A DNA stretch of 63,715 nucleotides, counting the filler, from Candidatus Desantisbacteria bacterium CG1_02_49_89 (lineage in GTDB: Bacteria; Desantisbacteria; UBA1551), in the NCBI GenBank assembly GCA_001871075.1. It is 5 parts of 5 records of this genome, joined end to end, with 100 filler letters (N's around TTAATTAATTAA, not from the genome) between each part and the next. Parts side by side here need not be neighbours in the genome. Positions count along the whole stretch, not along the records: positions 1 to 12,982 come from MNUP01000120.1; 4 more parts are not named here. One strand, 5' to 3'. Numbering within the stretch: position 1 is the stretch's first letter; each line of letters begins with the position of its first letter. Under the pieces are notes generated by a model. The model saw only the letters and a list, made by a program, of their open reading frames with translations, did no database searches and was not told where the DNA came from. Positions 1-9,768 of the stretch are shown here, one piece after another. Position numbers and translations under genes: made by a program.

Positions 1-92
1 TGATTTTTAAACCAGCCAGCCTAAATAATTTTCCCCCGGCTATGTGACACTTTGATTGTTCCCAATGTGACCTTTTGATTATTTCCGCACAG
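1..92. repeat. Imperfect inverted copy of 63454-63545, with internal ~22-bp direct repeats
   Basis: 1-26 is the exact reverse complement of 63520-63545, and 72-92 of 63454-63474. Confidence 0.85.
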
Positions 93-512
93 GAAAAAAT
101 AGTATTGTAATGCTTTTCATCCAATTTAAACCTTTCTGGCACCGTCCCAGCTCTCTTTTCTACCCTATTTTTTATGTCATTTTCCCTAATTATAGCCCCT
201 GTTCTCATAAACCAGTGCCATGTCCTATCTCTTTGCAAATTCTCTTTTTTCCCCTTATGATACAAGTATTATTCCAGGCCCTCATTTTTTTACTTTCACT
301 CTTAGCCTACTGTGACCAGTACTGTGATCAATAAAAACCCCTATTTTCCCTATTTTTCAGGCTTTTGTCCGTTCCAGGCTCCTTTGCCTGCTTGCCAGGT
401 TTAGCCCTGTTTTCAAGCCTCAATACTTGTCCTTTCCTAAGCAGGAAGCCCCACAGAAGCCATTGGGACAGCCCTGGCAGCGCCCATTATACTCTGTTGT
501 CAAGGATTTGGG

Positions 513-815
513 GCTCCCGCCCCGATGGACATCGGGGCGGACAAATCACGCAACCTGAAGGTTGCGGCTACCTACAATATTACGAGGCTCCCGCCCGCTT
601 CGTGGTCGAGGTCTTCGAAAAGCCTCTACTCCTTAAAGGACGCAAGCCTCCCACCTTAAAAATTGGCAGCTTGCCCGCCAGTTAGTTTGGCGGGGGTCTA
701 CGAAAAGGCTTGCCTCCGATGCCCCGATGTTACATCGGGGATGCGGAGTCCGACAGAATCGTCGGACCTACGCGTAATCACTGAGATTGCCGCGTCCTTC
801 GGACTCGCAATGACA
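513..815. repeat. Cluster of REP-like palindromes
   Basis: cccgatggacatcggg, cgcaacctgaaggttgcggctac, cccgccagttagtttggcggg, ccccgatgttacatcgggg and a half TGTCATTGCGA-family element. Confidence 0.7.
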
Positions 816-827
816 ATCTAACAATTC

Positions 828-1739
828 TTAGCCATAATGCACGACTTCTAAACCTGCGTTGACTGCTATCGTTTCAAGTTCTTTTATGTATTCAACGGGC
901 TGGGGTTTGGTGCAGGAAAGAGGATAGGCGAGGTTAAGCCAGGAATACTTGCCTGCGGACGCGGGGTTGAACGGAAGCAAAGAAACTTTTATTACGCCTG
1001 TTTCCTTTATCCTGCCTGCAGTTTCTCTGACCGTCTGAAGGGAATCATTGTACCCGGGTATCAGGGGTAAACGCACTACAACGTTTGCACCTTTCTTTAT
1101 GAGCCTGGCAAGGTTCCCGAATATCAGGCTGTTGGATACGCCGGTATAAGCGCGGTGCAGCTTGTCATCAGGATGCTTTATGTCGAATAAAAACAGGTCC
1201 GTAACTTCGGCGATCTTCTCAAAAACTTTCCACTGAGCGTAACCGCTGGTTTCCACCGCTGTATGCATGCCTTTTGACCTGCACAGCTTCAAAACTTCAA
1301 CCGTAAAATCCATCTGAAAGGCAGGTTCCCCGCCCGTGATCGTTATGCCCCCGCCGGACCTTCGGAAAAAAGGAGCCAGCTTTTCTGCGTATTCTGCTAT
1401 CTCAAGCGCGGTTGTTTCCTTCCCTTTTACTTCAAGAGCGCCGTTCATGCATGCCCGGAGGCACATTCGGCGGCATTTTTTGCATTTATTCCTTAATTCA
1501 GGGTCGATCCTGCCAAAGGATATTATTTTATCCGGACAGGCTTTTGAACATTCATTGCACTTCTTGCATTTCGCGGAATACCACACAACTTCAGGCTCAG
1601 GAGAAATAGATTCCGGGCTGTGGCACCATGCGCACCTCAGCGGGCAGCCTTTAAGGTAAACGTTCATGCGCAGGCCCGGCCCGTCATGAGAAGCGGTTTC
1701 GTCAACCGCGAAAATAATGCCTTTAACCGGACCTTTCAT
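828..1739 (-). CDS. Glycyl-radical enzyme activating protein (radical SAM with ferredoxin insert)
   Basis: HDGPGLR..YLKGCPLRCAWCHSPE CxxxCxxC motif; extra Cys clusters; GGITITGGEP; overlaps the stop of the GRE gene. Confidence 0.93.
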   Translation of the reverse strand: MKGPVKGIIFAVDETASHDGPGLRMNVYLKGCPLRCAWCHSPESISPEPEVVWYSAKCKKCNECSKACPDKIISFGRIDPELRNKCKKCRRMCLRACMNGALEVKGKETTALEIAEYAEKLAPFFRRSGGGITITGGEPAFQMDFTVEVLKLCRSKGMHTAVETSGYAQWKVFEKIAEVTDLFLFDIKHPDDKLHRAYTGVSNSLIFGNLARLIKKGANVVVRLPLIPGYNDSLQTVRETAGRIKETGVIKVSLLPFNPASAGKYSWLNLAYPLSCTKPQPVEYIKELETIAVNAGLEVVHYG

Positions 1740-3910
1740 AAGCCCATCTCTGCCCTGGCAACAACCTCGTCCTGAGCGTCCCTGGGCAGGAGCGTGAAAG
1801 GAACAAGGTACCCTCCTATGCGTATGAGAAGGTTCTGAAAATTCTCCGGGTGCTCCTGCGCGTCCTTCAGGACATCGGTGCCGGTAATGTTTATCTGCAC
1901 CTGATAAAGCCCTTTTCGGAAAGCCGTTTCAATAACGTCCTTCATACTTTCAATGCCTTTGTCGTTTTCGAGAGAACCTGAGGAAAAACGCAGGTTAAAA
2001 ACCGTGCCTCCAAGCCCTCTTGACTGGTCGAATTCCAGGGATGAAAGCAGCATTGACAGTATGCCCTGCAGTTTCACGCCGGTGCAGGGGCCGATCGAGT
2101 TGGCAAGCGGGACGCCCGCTTTTCGCCCGTCGGGAGTGGCAGGCGTTTCCCTTCCCATCTGTATCCAGACAGTCCAGCCAAGGAACCCGGGAAAAACCGG
2201 GCCGTTCAGGAAATTCCCGGACCCTTCTATCGAAGAACACCACTTACCGGCAACTTCGGCAAAAAGATCGTTCACCCACCCAGTATTGTTGCCGTATTTC
2301 GGGCAGTCAAAAAGGACGGCTCGCTCCAGCTCGCCGCATCCCTCAAAATTGCCTTTTATCGCTGAGCGGAAATCATCAAGCGTGAAGCGGTTGTCCCCGG
2401 TAAGCGTTTTTATCGCGGCAAGGCTGTCAACCGCGTTCGAGATCCCCACAGCCTCGGGCTGGAGAAAATTGTAGGTCGCCCCGCCGTTTGATATGTCCTT
2501 CGCGTTCTTAAGGCAGTCCTGGACAAAACACGAAAGCAGGGGGAACGGCCGGTATAATGATTCGTTCTTCTGGTCATTCACGCCCTGGGAGACAGCGTTC
2601 CCTGCCAGGCGCTCGATCTGTTCCATGAAAGCTTTTTTCAGCTCTTCGTAATTCCGCGGCATTCCCGTCTTAGGGCCTTCCTGTTTGCCTGTCGCCGGAT
2701 TGCACCCGTCAAACATCGCGTGCAGAAGCGACATCGGTATATTGACGTAAGGCCAGGCAACCCAGGGGTTTGTCCTGCCCTGTATCGAAGCTTCCGTGCA
2801 GGTGCTGGGAAGGTAGTCAACAGCGTGCTCAAAAGGTATATTGTAGCGCTTCAGGCCTTTTGCTATCAGGTCAAAGTTAAAGAACGAGGGCTGGCCCATG
2901 CCGTTTTTCAGGAGCCTGAACGCGGCTTTCATGAAATCTTCGCTTATGCCTTCGTGCCACATTATGTCAATGCCCGGGTAATACATCCTGACCCTGTCAG
3001 ACGATTCGAGGCTTTTGAACGAAAGCTCGCTGGCCGCGTCTGTCCCGTCCGGGTTCCTGCCCGCGATGCCGACTATCACAGCCGACATGCTTGGCCCTAA
3101 AAACTCGTTACACTTTATGAAGAGCTGGTCTAAAAAAGCGTCAGCCTCCGCATCGTCAAGTTCCCCTGAAGCTTTTTCAGCCATGTAATAAGGCAGGAGA
3201 TACCGGTCGATATGGCCGGGATTGAAACAGGCATGGTGGTTACCGTTCTCCAGGGCCACGCCCAGGAAAACAAACCAGGAAAGCTGGACGGCTTCCCTGA
3301 AATTTCTTGCGGGCTCTGAGGATATCCGCCTGCATATGTCCCTGATCCTGCCCAGCTCCTCCTTCCAGTCCGAGTCGGTTTCTTCTTCTTCCATCTTTGC
3401 AGCGAGTTCAGCGTACCTGAGGATAAATTCCTGGAATGCCTTAATAGATATAAGGGCTGACTTATAAAAATCCTTACCCGGACCCGGACTAACCGATTTC
3501 TCAAGCCCAATGATCCGCTCTTTTATTTTATCAAGGCCTGTTCCGAGGATCGACGGATAATCAGGGGCCATGTGGCCCTCTGAAGCTGAAACCCAGTAAT
3601 TCTGCGCTCCCAGATACTTCTCAGCTTCCTGTATTTTTTTCAGGCCCGTTCCGTCATCCGGATGTGAATTAGGGTGCCAGCCTGCGAGTATCTCGCCTTT
3701 TCTTATCCTGAGGGGCATGTTCTTAAAAATATGGGCGGTGGCCTTGGCTACCCTAAGGCAGCGCGATCCTTCCCCTTCGGTCTGCCTGAAGGATTCCGCG
3801 GCAAGCACAGACCTTTCCCTGTATTCAGCGGCTTCTTTCTCCACTGAAACTTTCAGGTCCTCGCACCAGCCGCGCAGCTTCTCAGATCTTCTTGTTTTAG
3901 TTTCCAGCAT
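1736..3910 (-). CDS. Glycyl radical enzyme (PFL superfamily, non-PFL subtype, substrate unknown)
   Basis: C-terminal LLIRIGGY Gly-radical loop; TPATPDGRKAG; Cys loop STCTE; adjacent activase. Confidence 0.9.
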   Translation of the reverse strand: MLETKTRRSEKLRGWCEDLKVSVEKEAAEYRERSVLAAESFRQTEGEGSRCLRVAKATAHIFKNMPLRIRKGEILAGWHPNSHPDDGTGLKKIQEAEKYLGAQNYWVSASEGHMAPDYPSILGTGLDKIKERIIGLEKSVSPGPGKDFYKSALISIKAFQEFILRYAELAAKMEEEETDSDWKEELGRIRDICRRISSEPARNFREAVQLSWFVFLGVALENGNHHACFNPGHIDRYLLPYYMAEKASGELDDAEADAFLDQLFIKCNEFLGPSMSAVIVGIAGRNPDGTDAASELSFKSLESSDRVRMYYPGIDIMWHEGISEDFMKAAFRLLKNGMGQPSFFNFDLIAKGLKRYNIPFEHAVDYLPSTCTEASIQGRTNPWVAWPYVNIPMSLLHAMFDGCNPATGKQEGPKTGMPRNYEELKKAFMEQIERLAGNAVSQGVNDQKNESLYRPFPLLSCFVQDCLKNAKDISNGGATYNFLQPEAVGISNAVDSLAAIKTLTGDNRFTLDDFRSAIKGNFEGCGELERAVLFDCPKYGNNTGWVNDLFAEVAGKWCSSIEGSGNFLNGPVFPGFLGWTVWIQMGRETPATPDGRKAGVPLANSIGPCTGVKLQGILSMLLSSLEFDQSRGLGGTVFNLRFSSGSLENDKGIESMKDVIETAFRKGLYQVQINITGTDVLKDAQEHPENFQNLLIRIGGYLVPFTLLPRDAQDEVVARAEMGL

Positions 3911-4045
3911 ATATACCTTACCACGAAACCATAAAAAAATTTAACCACGAATTAACACGAATTTCCACGAATTTTAACCTTTAGGCCATTAATCCGTTTA
4001 TCAAATATAAACTCATGACACATGACTCATGACGCGTGACTGTAT

Positions 4046-5338
4046 TTAAATTCCAAGACGGCGGAATATTCTGGGGATGTGGCGCAGGAAGTGCGAGAGG
4101 TTGAAACATCCTTCAATCTCTTTGCCCGAAAGGATTTTTGTTACCGCCAGATCTTTCTTTATTTCTTCTTTAAAATCAGTTTCATCCTTCCAGGTCTTCA
4201 TCGCGTTCTTCTGCACAAGGTCATACGCGGCTTTTGAGTCCATCCCCTTTTCAACGAGCCTTACGAGCACCCGCTGGGAAAAGATAAGGTTGCGGCTGGC
4301 ACTGAAATTCTCCTTCATCCTTCCGGCATACACGTTCATTTTTTCGACCAGGCCTGTGAATTTGCGCAGGATGTAGTCCGCAAGTATGCAGGAATCCGGC
4401 ACTATCACCCGTTCGGCAGAGGAATGCGAAATATCCCTTTCGTGCCACAGCGGCATGTTCTCAAAACCAGCGAGGGCGTTCGCCCTGATGACGCGGCTGA
4501 GGCCTGATATCCTTTCCGCGATCACGGGATTACGCTTGTGGGGCATGGCGGAAGAGCCCTTCTGCGTTGGGCTGAAATATTCCTCAACCTCAAGTATTTC
4601 CGTGTGCTGCAGATTCCTTATCTCCTGGCAGAATTTGTCAAGAGAGCTTGCGGTTATGGCAAGCGCCGAGAGGAAATGCGCGAGCCTGTCCCGCTGGATG
4701 ATCTGGTTTGAGACCGGAGCAGGCTTCAGCCCAAGCTTCCCGCACACGTACTGCTCCACGAAAGGCTCAACCTCCGCGTATGTGCCGACAGCCCCGGAGA
4801 TCTTGCCGCAGTTTATCTGCTCTGCCGCATCCCTGACCCTTTGCAGGTTGCGCTGCATCTCCGTGTACCATATGGCGAGTTTCAGCCCGAAGGTGATCGG
4901 CTGGGCGTGAACGTTATGCGTGCGGCCCATCATCACGGTATTTTTGTACTGCTTTGCCTTCGCCTTCAATATCCTGACCAGGCCTTCCATGTCCTTTACA
5001 ATGATCTCCGCGGACTGCCTTACCTGCAGGAAAAATCCCGTGTCCATTATATCGGATGACGTAAGGCCGAGGTGTATATATTTGCCCTCTTTGCCGGCCT
5101 GTTCGGCAAGGGAGCGGACGAAAGCGACAACCTCGTGGTTGGTAATTTCGTCAAGCTTGTGTATCCTTCCAAGGTTCACCTTGGCGCGCTTCCTTATTTT
5201 AGGGATCGCGGACGCGGGGATCTTGCCCAGTTTGGCGTTTGCCTCACAGGCAAGGAGCTCGATGTCCAGCCAGGTTCTGTACCTGTTTTTCTCTTCCCAG
5301 ATCGCGCCCATGTCGGGTAAAGTGTAGCGTGCTATCAT
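4046..5338 (-). CDS. purB: Adenylosuccinate lyase
   Basis: MIARY start after GGAGG RBS; HLGLTSSD, GRTH and GSSAMPHKRNP signature. Confidence 0.96.
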   Translation of the reverse strand: MIARYTLPDMGAIWEEKNRYRTWLDIELLACEANAKLGKIPASAIPKIRKRAKVNLGRIHKLDEITNHEVVAFVRSLAEQAGKEGKYIHLGLTSSDIMDTGFFLQVRQSAEIIVKDMEGLVRILKAKAKQYKNTVMMGRTHNVHAQPITFGLKLAIWYTEMQRNLQRVRDAAEQINCGKISGAVGTYAEVEPFVEQYVCGKLGLKPAPVSNQIIQRDRLAHFLSALAITASSLDKFCQEIRNLQHTEILEVEEYFSPTQKGSSAMPHKRNPVIAERISGLSRVIRANALAGFENMPLWHERDISHSSAERVIVPDSCILADYILRKFTGLVEKMNVYAGRMKENFSASRNLIFSQRVLVRLVEKGMDSKAAYDLVQKNAMKTWKDETDFKEEIKKDLAVTKILSGKEIEGCFNLSHFLRHIPRIFRRLGI

Positions 5339-5352
5339 GGTACACCTCCAAA

Positions 5353-5385
5353 GAATTTCAAATTTCAAATTGTAAATTGCAAAAT
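5353..5385. repeat. Heptamer tandem arm downstream of the four-helix-bundle gene
   Basis: aatttcaaatttcaaattgtaaattgcaaaat; inverted relative to 5810-5850. Confidence 0.8.
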
Positions 5386-5420
5386 GTCCCAAAGGGATTC
5401 CTTCGGAACAAAAGTAAAGG

Positions 5421-5783
5421 TCATTTTATATTACTCTTCGCGGTCAATACTGCTTTAGCAAATATCCTGCTTAATTCCTTTGCTTCTTCTAATAGTTTCT
5501 CTATTTCAGAACCTGGTATAAGTTCAGCTCGAATTATCAGTTTCAACCAATAATTTGATTCCTTCAGTTCCTTTAACACCAATTGCATCTTGTGTATGAA
5601 ATCTGCCCTACTCTCAGCCCCGCAGGCTTCTTCGTAATTTGCACCTGCTGAAGTAGCAGCTCTAATCAATTGATTATATACATATCCTGCAACTATGGCC
5701 TTTCTGGCTTTTGTTATAACTCTAATAATTTCTGCTGCATAATTGAGCAATCGCTGCGCCAAAGCATCGGCTTCACTCTGCAT
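5421..5783 (-). CDS. Four-helix-bundle protein (23S rRNA intervening-sequence protein / bAvd-like family)
   Basis: QLIRAATSAGANYEEA..AESRADFIHKMQLVLKELKESNYWL motif; 120 aa; AT-richer than neighbours. Confidence 0.92.
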   Translation of the reverse strand: MQSEADALAQRLLNYAAEIIRVITKARKAIVAGYVYNQLIRAATSAGANYEEACGAESRADFIHKMQLVLKELKESNYWLKLIIRAELIPGSEIEKLLEEAKELSRIFAKAVLTAKSNIK

Positions 5784-5809
5784 ATTATACCTTTCAATGT
5801 GGTCTTATC

Positions 5810-5970
5810 TTTCAATTTGCAATTTACAATTTACAATTTGACTTTTGCAAAACAGCTTTTTGTTAAATATCTATATTTTCTCTGTTCTCTCAANNNNNNN
5901 NNNNNTAAATATCTATATTTTCTCTGTTCTCTCAATTTGAAATTTACAATTTACAATTTGACTTTTGCAA
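5810..5970. repeat. Heptamer tandem arms upstream of the four-helix-bundle gene, duplicated around a small N gap
   Basis: caatttgcaatttacaatttacaatttgacttttgcaa occurs twice, near-identically. Confidence 0.8.
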
Positions 5971-5983
5971 TGTATTTAGGAAA

Positions 5984-7147
5984 CTACTTGCCCATCCCGA
6001 CCTTTTGTTCACGCTGCCACGCCTTCCCTTCGCTTGTTATCGAACCGGCTATTATTATCTCGGTCAACTGCATTTCCTGCACGTTTTTCGCCCCGCACAC
6101 GCCCATGCAGTTGCGCAGCGCTCCGAAAAGGTTCTGCGTGGCGTCGTCGAAAGAGGAAGGGCCAAGCAGTATCTCCTTCAGCCCTCCAATCACTCCCACT
6201 TTCACCCTTGTTCCGCGCGGAAGGTCCCGGTTTGGCATAGCCATTCCCCAGTGGAAACCCTTTCCCGGAGCTTCCTCAGCCCGCGCAAGCGCGCCGCCAA
6301 TCATTACGGCGTCAGCGCCGCTGGCGAACGCCTTGCAGATATCCCCGCTCGTTGTCATGCCGCCGTCCGTTATGACAGAAACGTATTTCCTTTTTTCCCT
6401 GTAATAAAAATCCCTTGCCGCGGCAACGTCCGATGTCGCGGTTATCTGCGGAACGCCGACGCCCAGAACGCTGCGCGTGGTGCAGGCTGAGCCCGGGCCC
6501 ACGCCCACCAGCACGCCGTCAATCCCGGTGCCCATAAGCTCAAGCCCGACCTCGTATGTCACGCAGTTTCCGGCAATGACCGGGATGGGCTTCATATTCT
6601 TCACCAGCTTTTTAAGGTCAAGCGCCTTTACGGCCCTTGAAATGTATTTGGTGGTAATGACCGTTGACTGCACCGCGAAAATATCCGCTCCTGCCGCTTT
6701 GCTCAGCCTGCCGAACTCATCGGCGTTCTGCGGGATGCTTGAAACAGCCGCTATGCCGCCCTTCGCCTTTATCTCTTTTATGCGCTTTGTTATTAATTCT
6801 TTCTTGATGGGCTGGGTGTAAAGGCCCTGGATTATCCTTGTTGCCTCTTCCGGGGTCGCGGCGACTATCCTGTCTATTATCTCCTGCGGCTCGTCATACC
6901 GGGTCTGGATGCCCTCAAGGTTAAGCACTCCGAGCCCGCCGAGTTTGCTCATAGCCACCGCGAACTTCACGTCCACAACGCCGTCCATGGCTGAAGCGAT
7001 TATCGGAACCCTGAATTTAAAATTCCCTATGCTCCAGGAAGCGTCAACCTCGTTCGGATCCACGGTCACCTTGCCGGGAACAAGCGCGACCTCGTTAAAA
7101 CCGTATGCAACCCTTGCCTTCCTTCCCCATCCCACGAACATTCCCAT
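5984..7147 (-). CDS. GuaB3-type IMP dehydrogenase-related protein (no CBS domains)
   Basis: GRKARVAYGFNEVALVP N-terminus; ASAMDGVV; GVGPGSACTTR catalytic Cys; DGGM. Confidence 0.9.
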   Translation of the reverse strand: MGMFVGWGRKARVAYGFNEVALVPGKVTVDPNEVDASWSIGNFKFRVPIIASAMDGVVDVKFAVAMSKLGGLGVLNLEGIQTRYDEPQEIIDRIVAATPEEATRIIQGLYTQPIKKELITKRIKEIKAKGGIAAVSSIPQNADEFGRLSKAAGADIFAVQSTVITTKYISRAVKALDLKKLVKNMKPIPVIAGNCVTYEVGLELMGTGIDGVLVGVGPGSACTTRSVLGVGVPQITATSDVAAARDFYYREKRKYVSVITDGGMTTSGDICKAFASGADAVMIGGALARAEEAPGKGFHWGMAMPNRDLPRGTRVKVGVIGGLKEILLGPSSFDDATQNLFGALRNCMGVCGAKNVQEMQLTEIIIAGSITSEGKAWQREQKVGMGK

Positions 7148-7180
7148 GCGTAACCCCCTGTATTAATTAGTGCAAAAGAC

Positions 7181-7279
7181 AATTATGAATTATGAGTTAT
7201 GAATTATGAATGAAGGAATATATTTAAATTGTCCCGAAGGGACACCTTGCCGTTGATTCATAATTCAGCATTCATAACT
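7181..7279. repeat. ~100-bp ATTATGA/TCATAAT heptamer-armed palindromic element, copy 1
   Basis: Inverted heptamer arms around a conserved AT-rich core; carries an extra gtcccgaagggac hairpin. Confidence 0.85.
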
Positions 7280-7325
7280 ATTACTATATTAAAACAGTAT
7301 ATCAGTTATTAGAATAAATGTCAAG

Positions 7326-8528
7326 TCAACTTATGACGCGCTGGGGGATAAGGCTTTTCTCAAACACCCAGGAAAGCGCGAAACCTGATATCACTATCAG
7401 GAACGCGATAAAGAAAGCGGTATTCAAACCCAGTGATTTCATCAGCCAGACCGCGACAAAGGGGGCGATAACTCCCCTTATTCCCATAAGATTATTGTAA
7501 ATTCCGGTATCGATCTGGACCTTCTCGCTTGAATCCGCCCTCATGCAGACATATTTGAACCACGAGAGATCCCACCCGGCCGCGGCAAACGAGGAAAAAA
7601 CCGCGGCAAGAAGCACGGACCATTTCTCCCCGACAAGGTACAGCAGCGGGGGCAGCGATATCAGCAGGAACGAGGCGCGCAGGCAGAGCATCGGCCCTTT
7701 GCGGTCGATGAACTTGCCCCAGAAATAATACGATACGATTATTGCCACGGAGGATGCAGCGCTCATGATCCCGACGAACGAAAGCGAAACTTTCAGCTTG
7801 TCAACCAGAAATATGGGAGCAAGCGGCCCCAGGAGCAGGTTCCCGAACCCGGCAACGGAAATAATGCCCCCCATCTTCCATATGCCCTTGTCGGAAAACC
7901 AGTTTTTGAGCATCGCGCGCATTGGCAGCGGCTGCCTGTCTTTTACTTCTTCTTTCAGAGGTATGCGCTTGAACGTATTGAGAGAGATCAGGCCCAGGGC
8001 CGCGCCGATCGGAAAAACTATCTTAAAGCTGTAAGGGCCCCACATATCCATGAGCCATCCGCCCAGGAAGGCGGCAACCAGCGCCGCAAGGTTCGTCACA
8101 ACCCTTGAGTAGCCCATGGTCCTCGCCCTTTCATCCTCCGGATATATCTCTTTCATTATGGCGCCGTATGCCGTGCCCACCATTGAACCCAGCAGGTTAT
8201 AGAGTATTACTATAGTGACAAGCAAACCGGGCTTGTAAACAAGGGGGGTCAGGAAAAAGAGAGAACGGGCAACCATGTTCGGCCAGTAGAAAAATTGCAT
8301 CTTCCTGCCGAGTATGCTCAGGTAGGTCCAGAGGAACATCAGCAGCAGGCCGAAAGCAAAAGAGCTGGAAATAAGCGCCATCTGACCCGCGCTTGCTCCC
8401 AGCCTTCTGGCAACGACAGGGACAAAAGAAAGGACCATTCCGCTGAAGAACCCGAATATGAGCCCCGCAAGCGAATCGTAACGGTACGCAACCCTCGACT
8501 GTATTGAGATCTGCCGTTCGAATAACAT
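7326..8528 (-). CDS. MFS transporter
   Basis: About 12 hydrophobic segments in 400 aa; WGKFIDRKG motif. Confidence 0.85.
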   Translation of the reverse strand: MLFERQISIQSRVAYRYDSLAGLIFGFFSGMVLSFVPVVARRLGASAGQMALISSSFAFGLLLMFLWTYLSILGRKMQFFYWPNMVARSLFFLTPLVYKPGLLVTIVILYNLLGSMVGTAYGAIMKEIYPEDERARTMGYSRVVTNLAALVAAFLGGWLMDMWGPYSFKIVFPIGAALGLISLNTFKRIPLKEEVKDRQPLPMRAMLKNWFSDKGIWKMGGIISVAGFGNLLLGPLAPIFLVDKLKVSLSFVGIMSAASSVAIIVSYYFWGKFIDRKGPMLCLRASFLLISLPPLLYLVGEKWSVLLAAVFSSFAAAGWDLSWFKYVCMRADSSEKVQIDTGIYNNLMGIRGVIAPFVAVWLMKSLGLNTAFFIAFLIVISGFALSWVFEKSLIPQRVIS

Positions 8529-8546
8529 CGTTTAAACCTTATAAAA

Positions 8547-8769
8547 AGTTTACAGAGTTTATATAGTTTACAGAGTTTGCATAGTTAAAAATTAAGCTTT
8601 GTAAACTTGTCCCAAAGGGATCCCTTTGGGATAACCTGTGTAAACTTTGTAAACTGCTTTGATTAACCGCTGAATAGATTATCACCGTTTCGGAGACCCT
8701 TCGATTAAGCAGTAATTCTCCGAGATTTGACTCTGTAAACTTGCAAACTATGTAAACTGTGTAAACTCT
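8547..8769. repeat. Nonamer GTTTACAGA/TGTAAAC inverted tandem arms
   Basis: agtttacagagtttatatagtttacagag ... tgtaaactttgtaaact; same family at 13626, 19871 and 51507. Confidence 0.8.
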
Positions 8770-8771
8770 CT

Positions 8772-9566
8772 TTATAGGCGAACAAGACGGCGCTTGCGCG
8801 CGGAGAAGACGGCGATCTTCCTGTAGCCCACTCTCCTGATCAACGCTAAGGCTTTATCAAAGTCCCTTGCCACATCTCCCGGGGCGTGCGCGTCCGAGCC
8901 CAGGGTCACCGGAATGCCTTTTTCAAAACAGATCTTCAGCAGTTCCTCTGCCGGGTAAATTTCCTTAACAGGCCTGCGCAGGCCCGAAGTATTGATCTCC
9001 ACGCACATATCCTGCTTTTTAACCAGCCCTGCAAGCTTTTCATACAGGGCTGTCAATTTCTGCTTTGGCTTGTACCCGAACTTCTTTACAAGGTCCGCGT
9101 GGCCCACGATGTCAAAAAGACCGGAGCTTACCATCCTGCACAGCTGGTCGAAATATTCTTCGTAGACCCGGTATACATCCCTTTTTTCCCACTCGTCCTT
9201 ATGGTCAGGATGGTCGAAAACCCATTTACCTATGAAATGCGTAGAGCCGATGATGTAATCAAAGCTGTATCCTTTCAGCAGTTCCCTGGTTTGCTTTTCG
9301 ATCTCGGCTGTGTATTCAACCTCTATACCGAGTTTTATCCTGATCTTTTTCTTATACGAGTTCCACAGTTCCCTTACCTTATTAATATAGGCAGGCAGGT
9401 CGTCGAAGCTCATGCTCAGATCAGGCGCAACAACATGGAAGAGCGGGAAATGGTCTGAAAACCCGATCTCGTCCATCTTTTTCGCGACCGCGGACCGCAC
9501 GTATTCCTCCATTTCGCCTTCCGCGTGCCCGCACAGATCCGTATGTATGTGGTAATCTATGATCAT
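8772..9566 (-). CDS. Histidinol-phosphatase, HisJ/PHP family
   Basis: DYHIHT, GFSDH, GIEVEY, GHADLVK, EINTSG, GSDAH. Confidence 0.9.
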   Translation of the reverse strand: MIIDYHIHTDLCGHAEGEMEEYVRSAVAKKMDEIGFSDHFPLFHVVAPDLSMSFDDLPAYINKVRELWNSYKKKIRIKLGIEVEYTAEIEKQTRELLKGYSFDYIIGSTHFIGKWVFDHPDHKDEWEKRDVYRVYEEYFDQLCRMVSSGLFDIVGHADLVKKFGYKPKQKLTALYEKLAGLVKKQDMCVEINTSGLRRPVKEIYPAEELLKICFEKGIPVTLGSDAHAPGDVARDFDKALALIRRVGYRKIAVFSARKRRLVRL

Positions 9567-9582
9567 CTTTTCACCTGTTTAG

Positions 9583-9767
9583 AAAAAGGGGACCGGTGCG
9601 TCAACTCATTAATTTGGCAGCTTTTGGATTATCGTAGGGCAAGGCTTTAGCCTTGCGTAAATTAATTCATTTATTCACCGCTGATATGTTTTGCAAACCT
9701 AAAGGTTTGCCCTACGAAAGCATAGGACTTTGCCTAATTACTGAGCTTCTTCGCCTGTCCCCTTTTT
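9583..9767. repeat. Nested palindrome: GTAG REPIN (9633-9716) inside a GGGGAC..GTCCCC inverted repeat
   Basis: cgtagggcaaggctttagccttgc ... gcaaacctaaaggtttgccctacg, flanked by aaaaaggggac and gtcccctttt. Confidence 0.8.
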
Positions 9768-9768
9768 T

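Noticed and set aside
110-685. Small ORFs at 110-334 and 365-685
   Set aside because: No RBS or recognisable motif; they run through low-complexity and REP DNA.
1736-3910. Calling the GRE pyruvate formate-lyase (pflB)
   Set aside because: Lacks the vicinal Cys-Cys pair of true PFL.
5421-5783. Four-helix-bundle gene as evidence of a DGR or a 23S rRNA intervening sequence
   Set aside because: No reverse transcriptase, TR/VR pair or rRNA sequence seen in the window.
5864-5935. Direct repeat taaatatctatattttctctgttctctcaa on both sides of a short N run
   Set aside because: Most likely an unmerged overlap at a scaffold gap, so the copy number of the flanking heptamer arm is uncertain.
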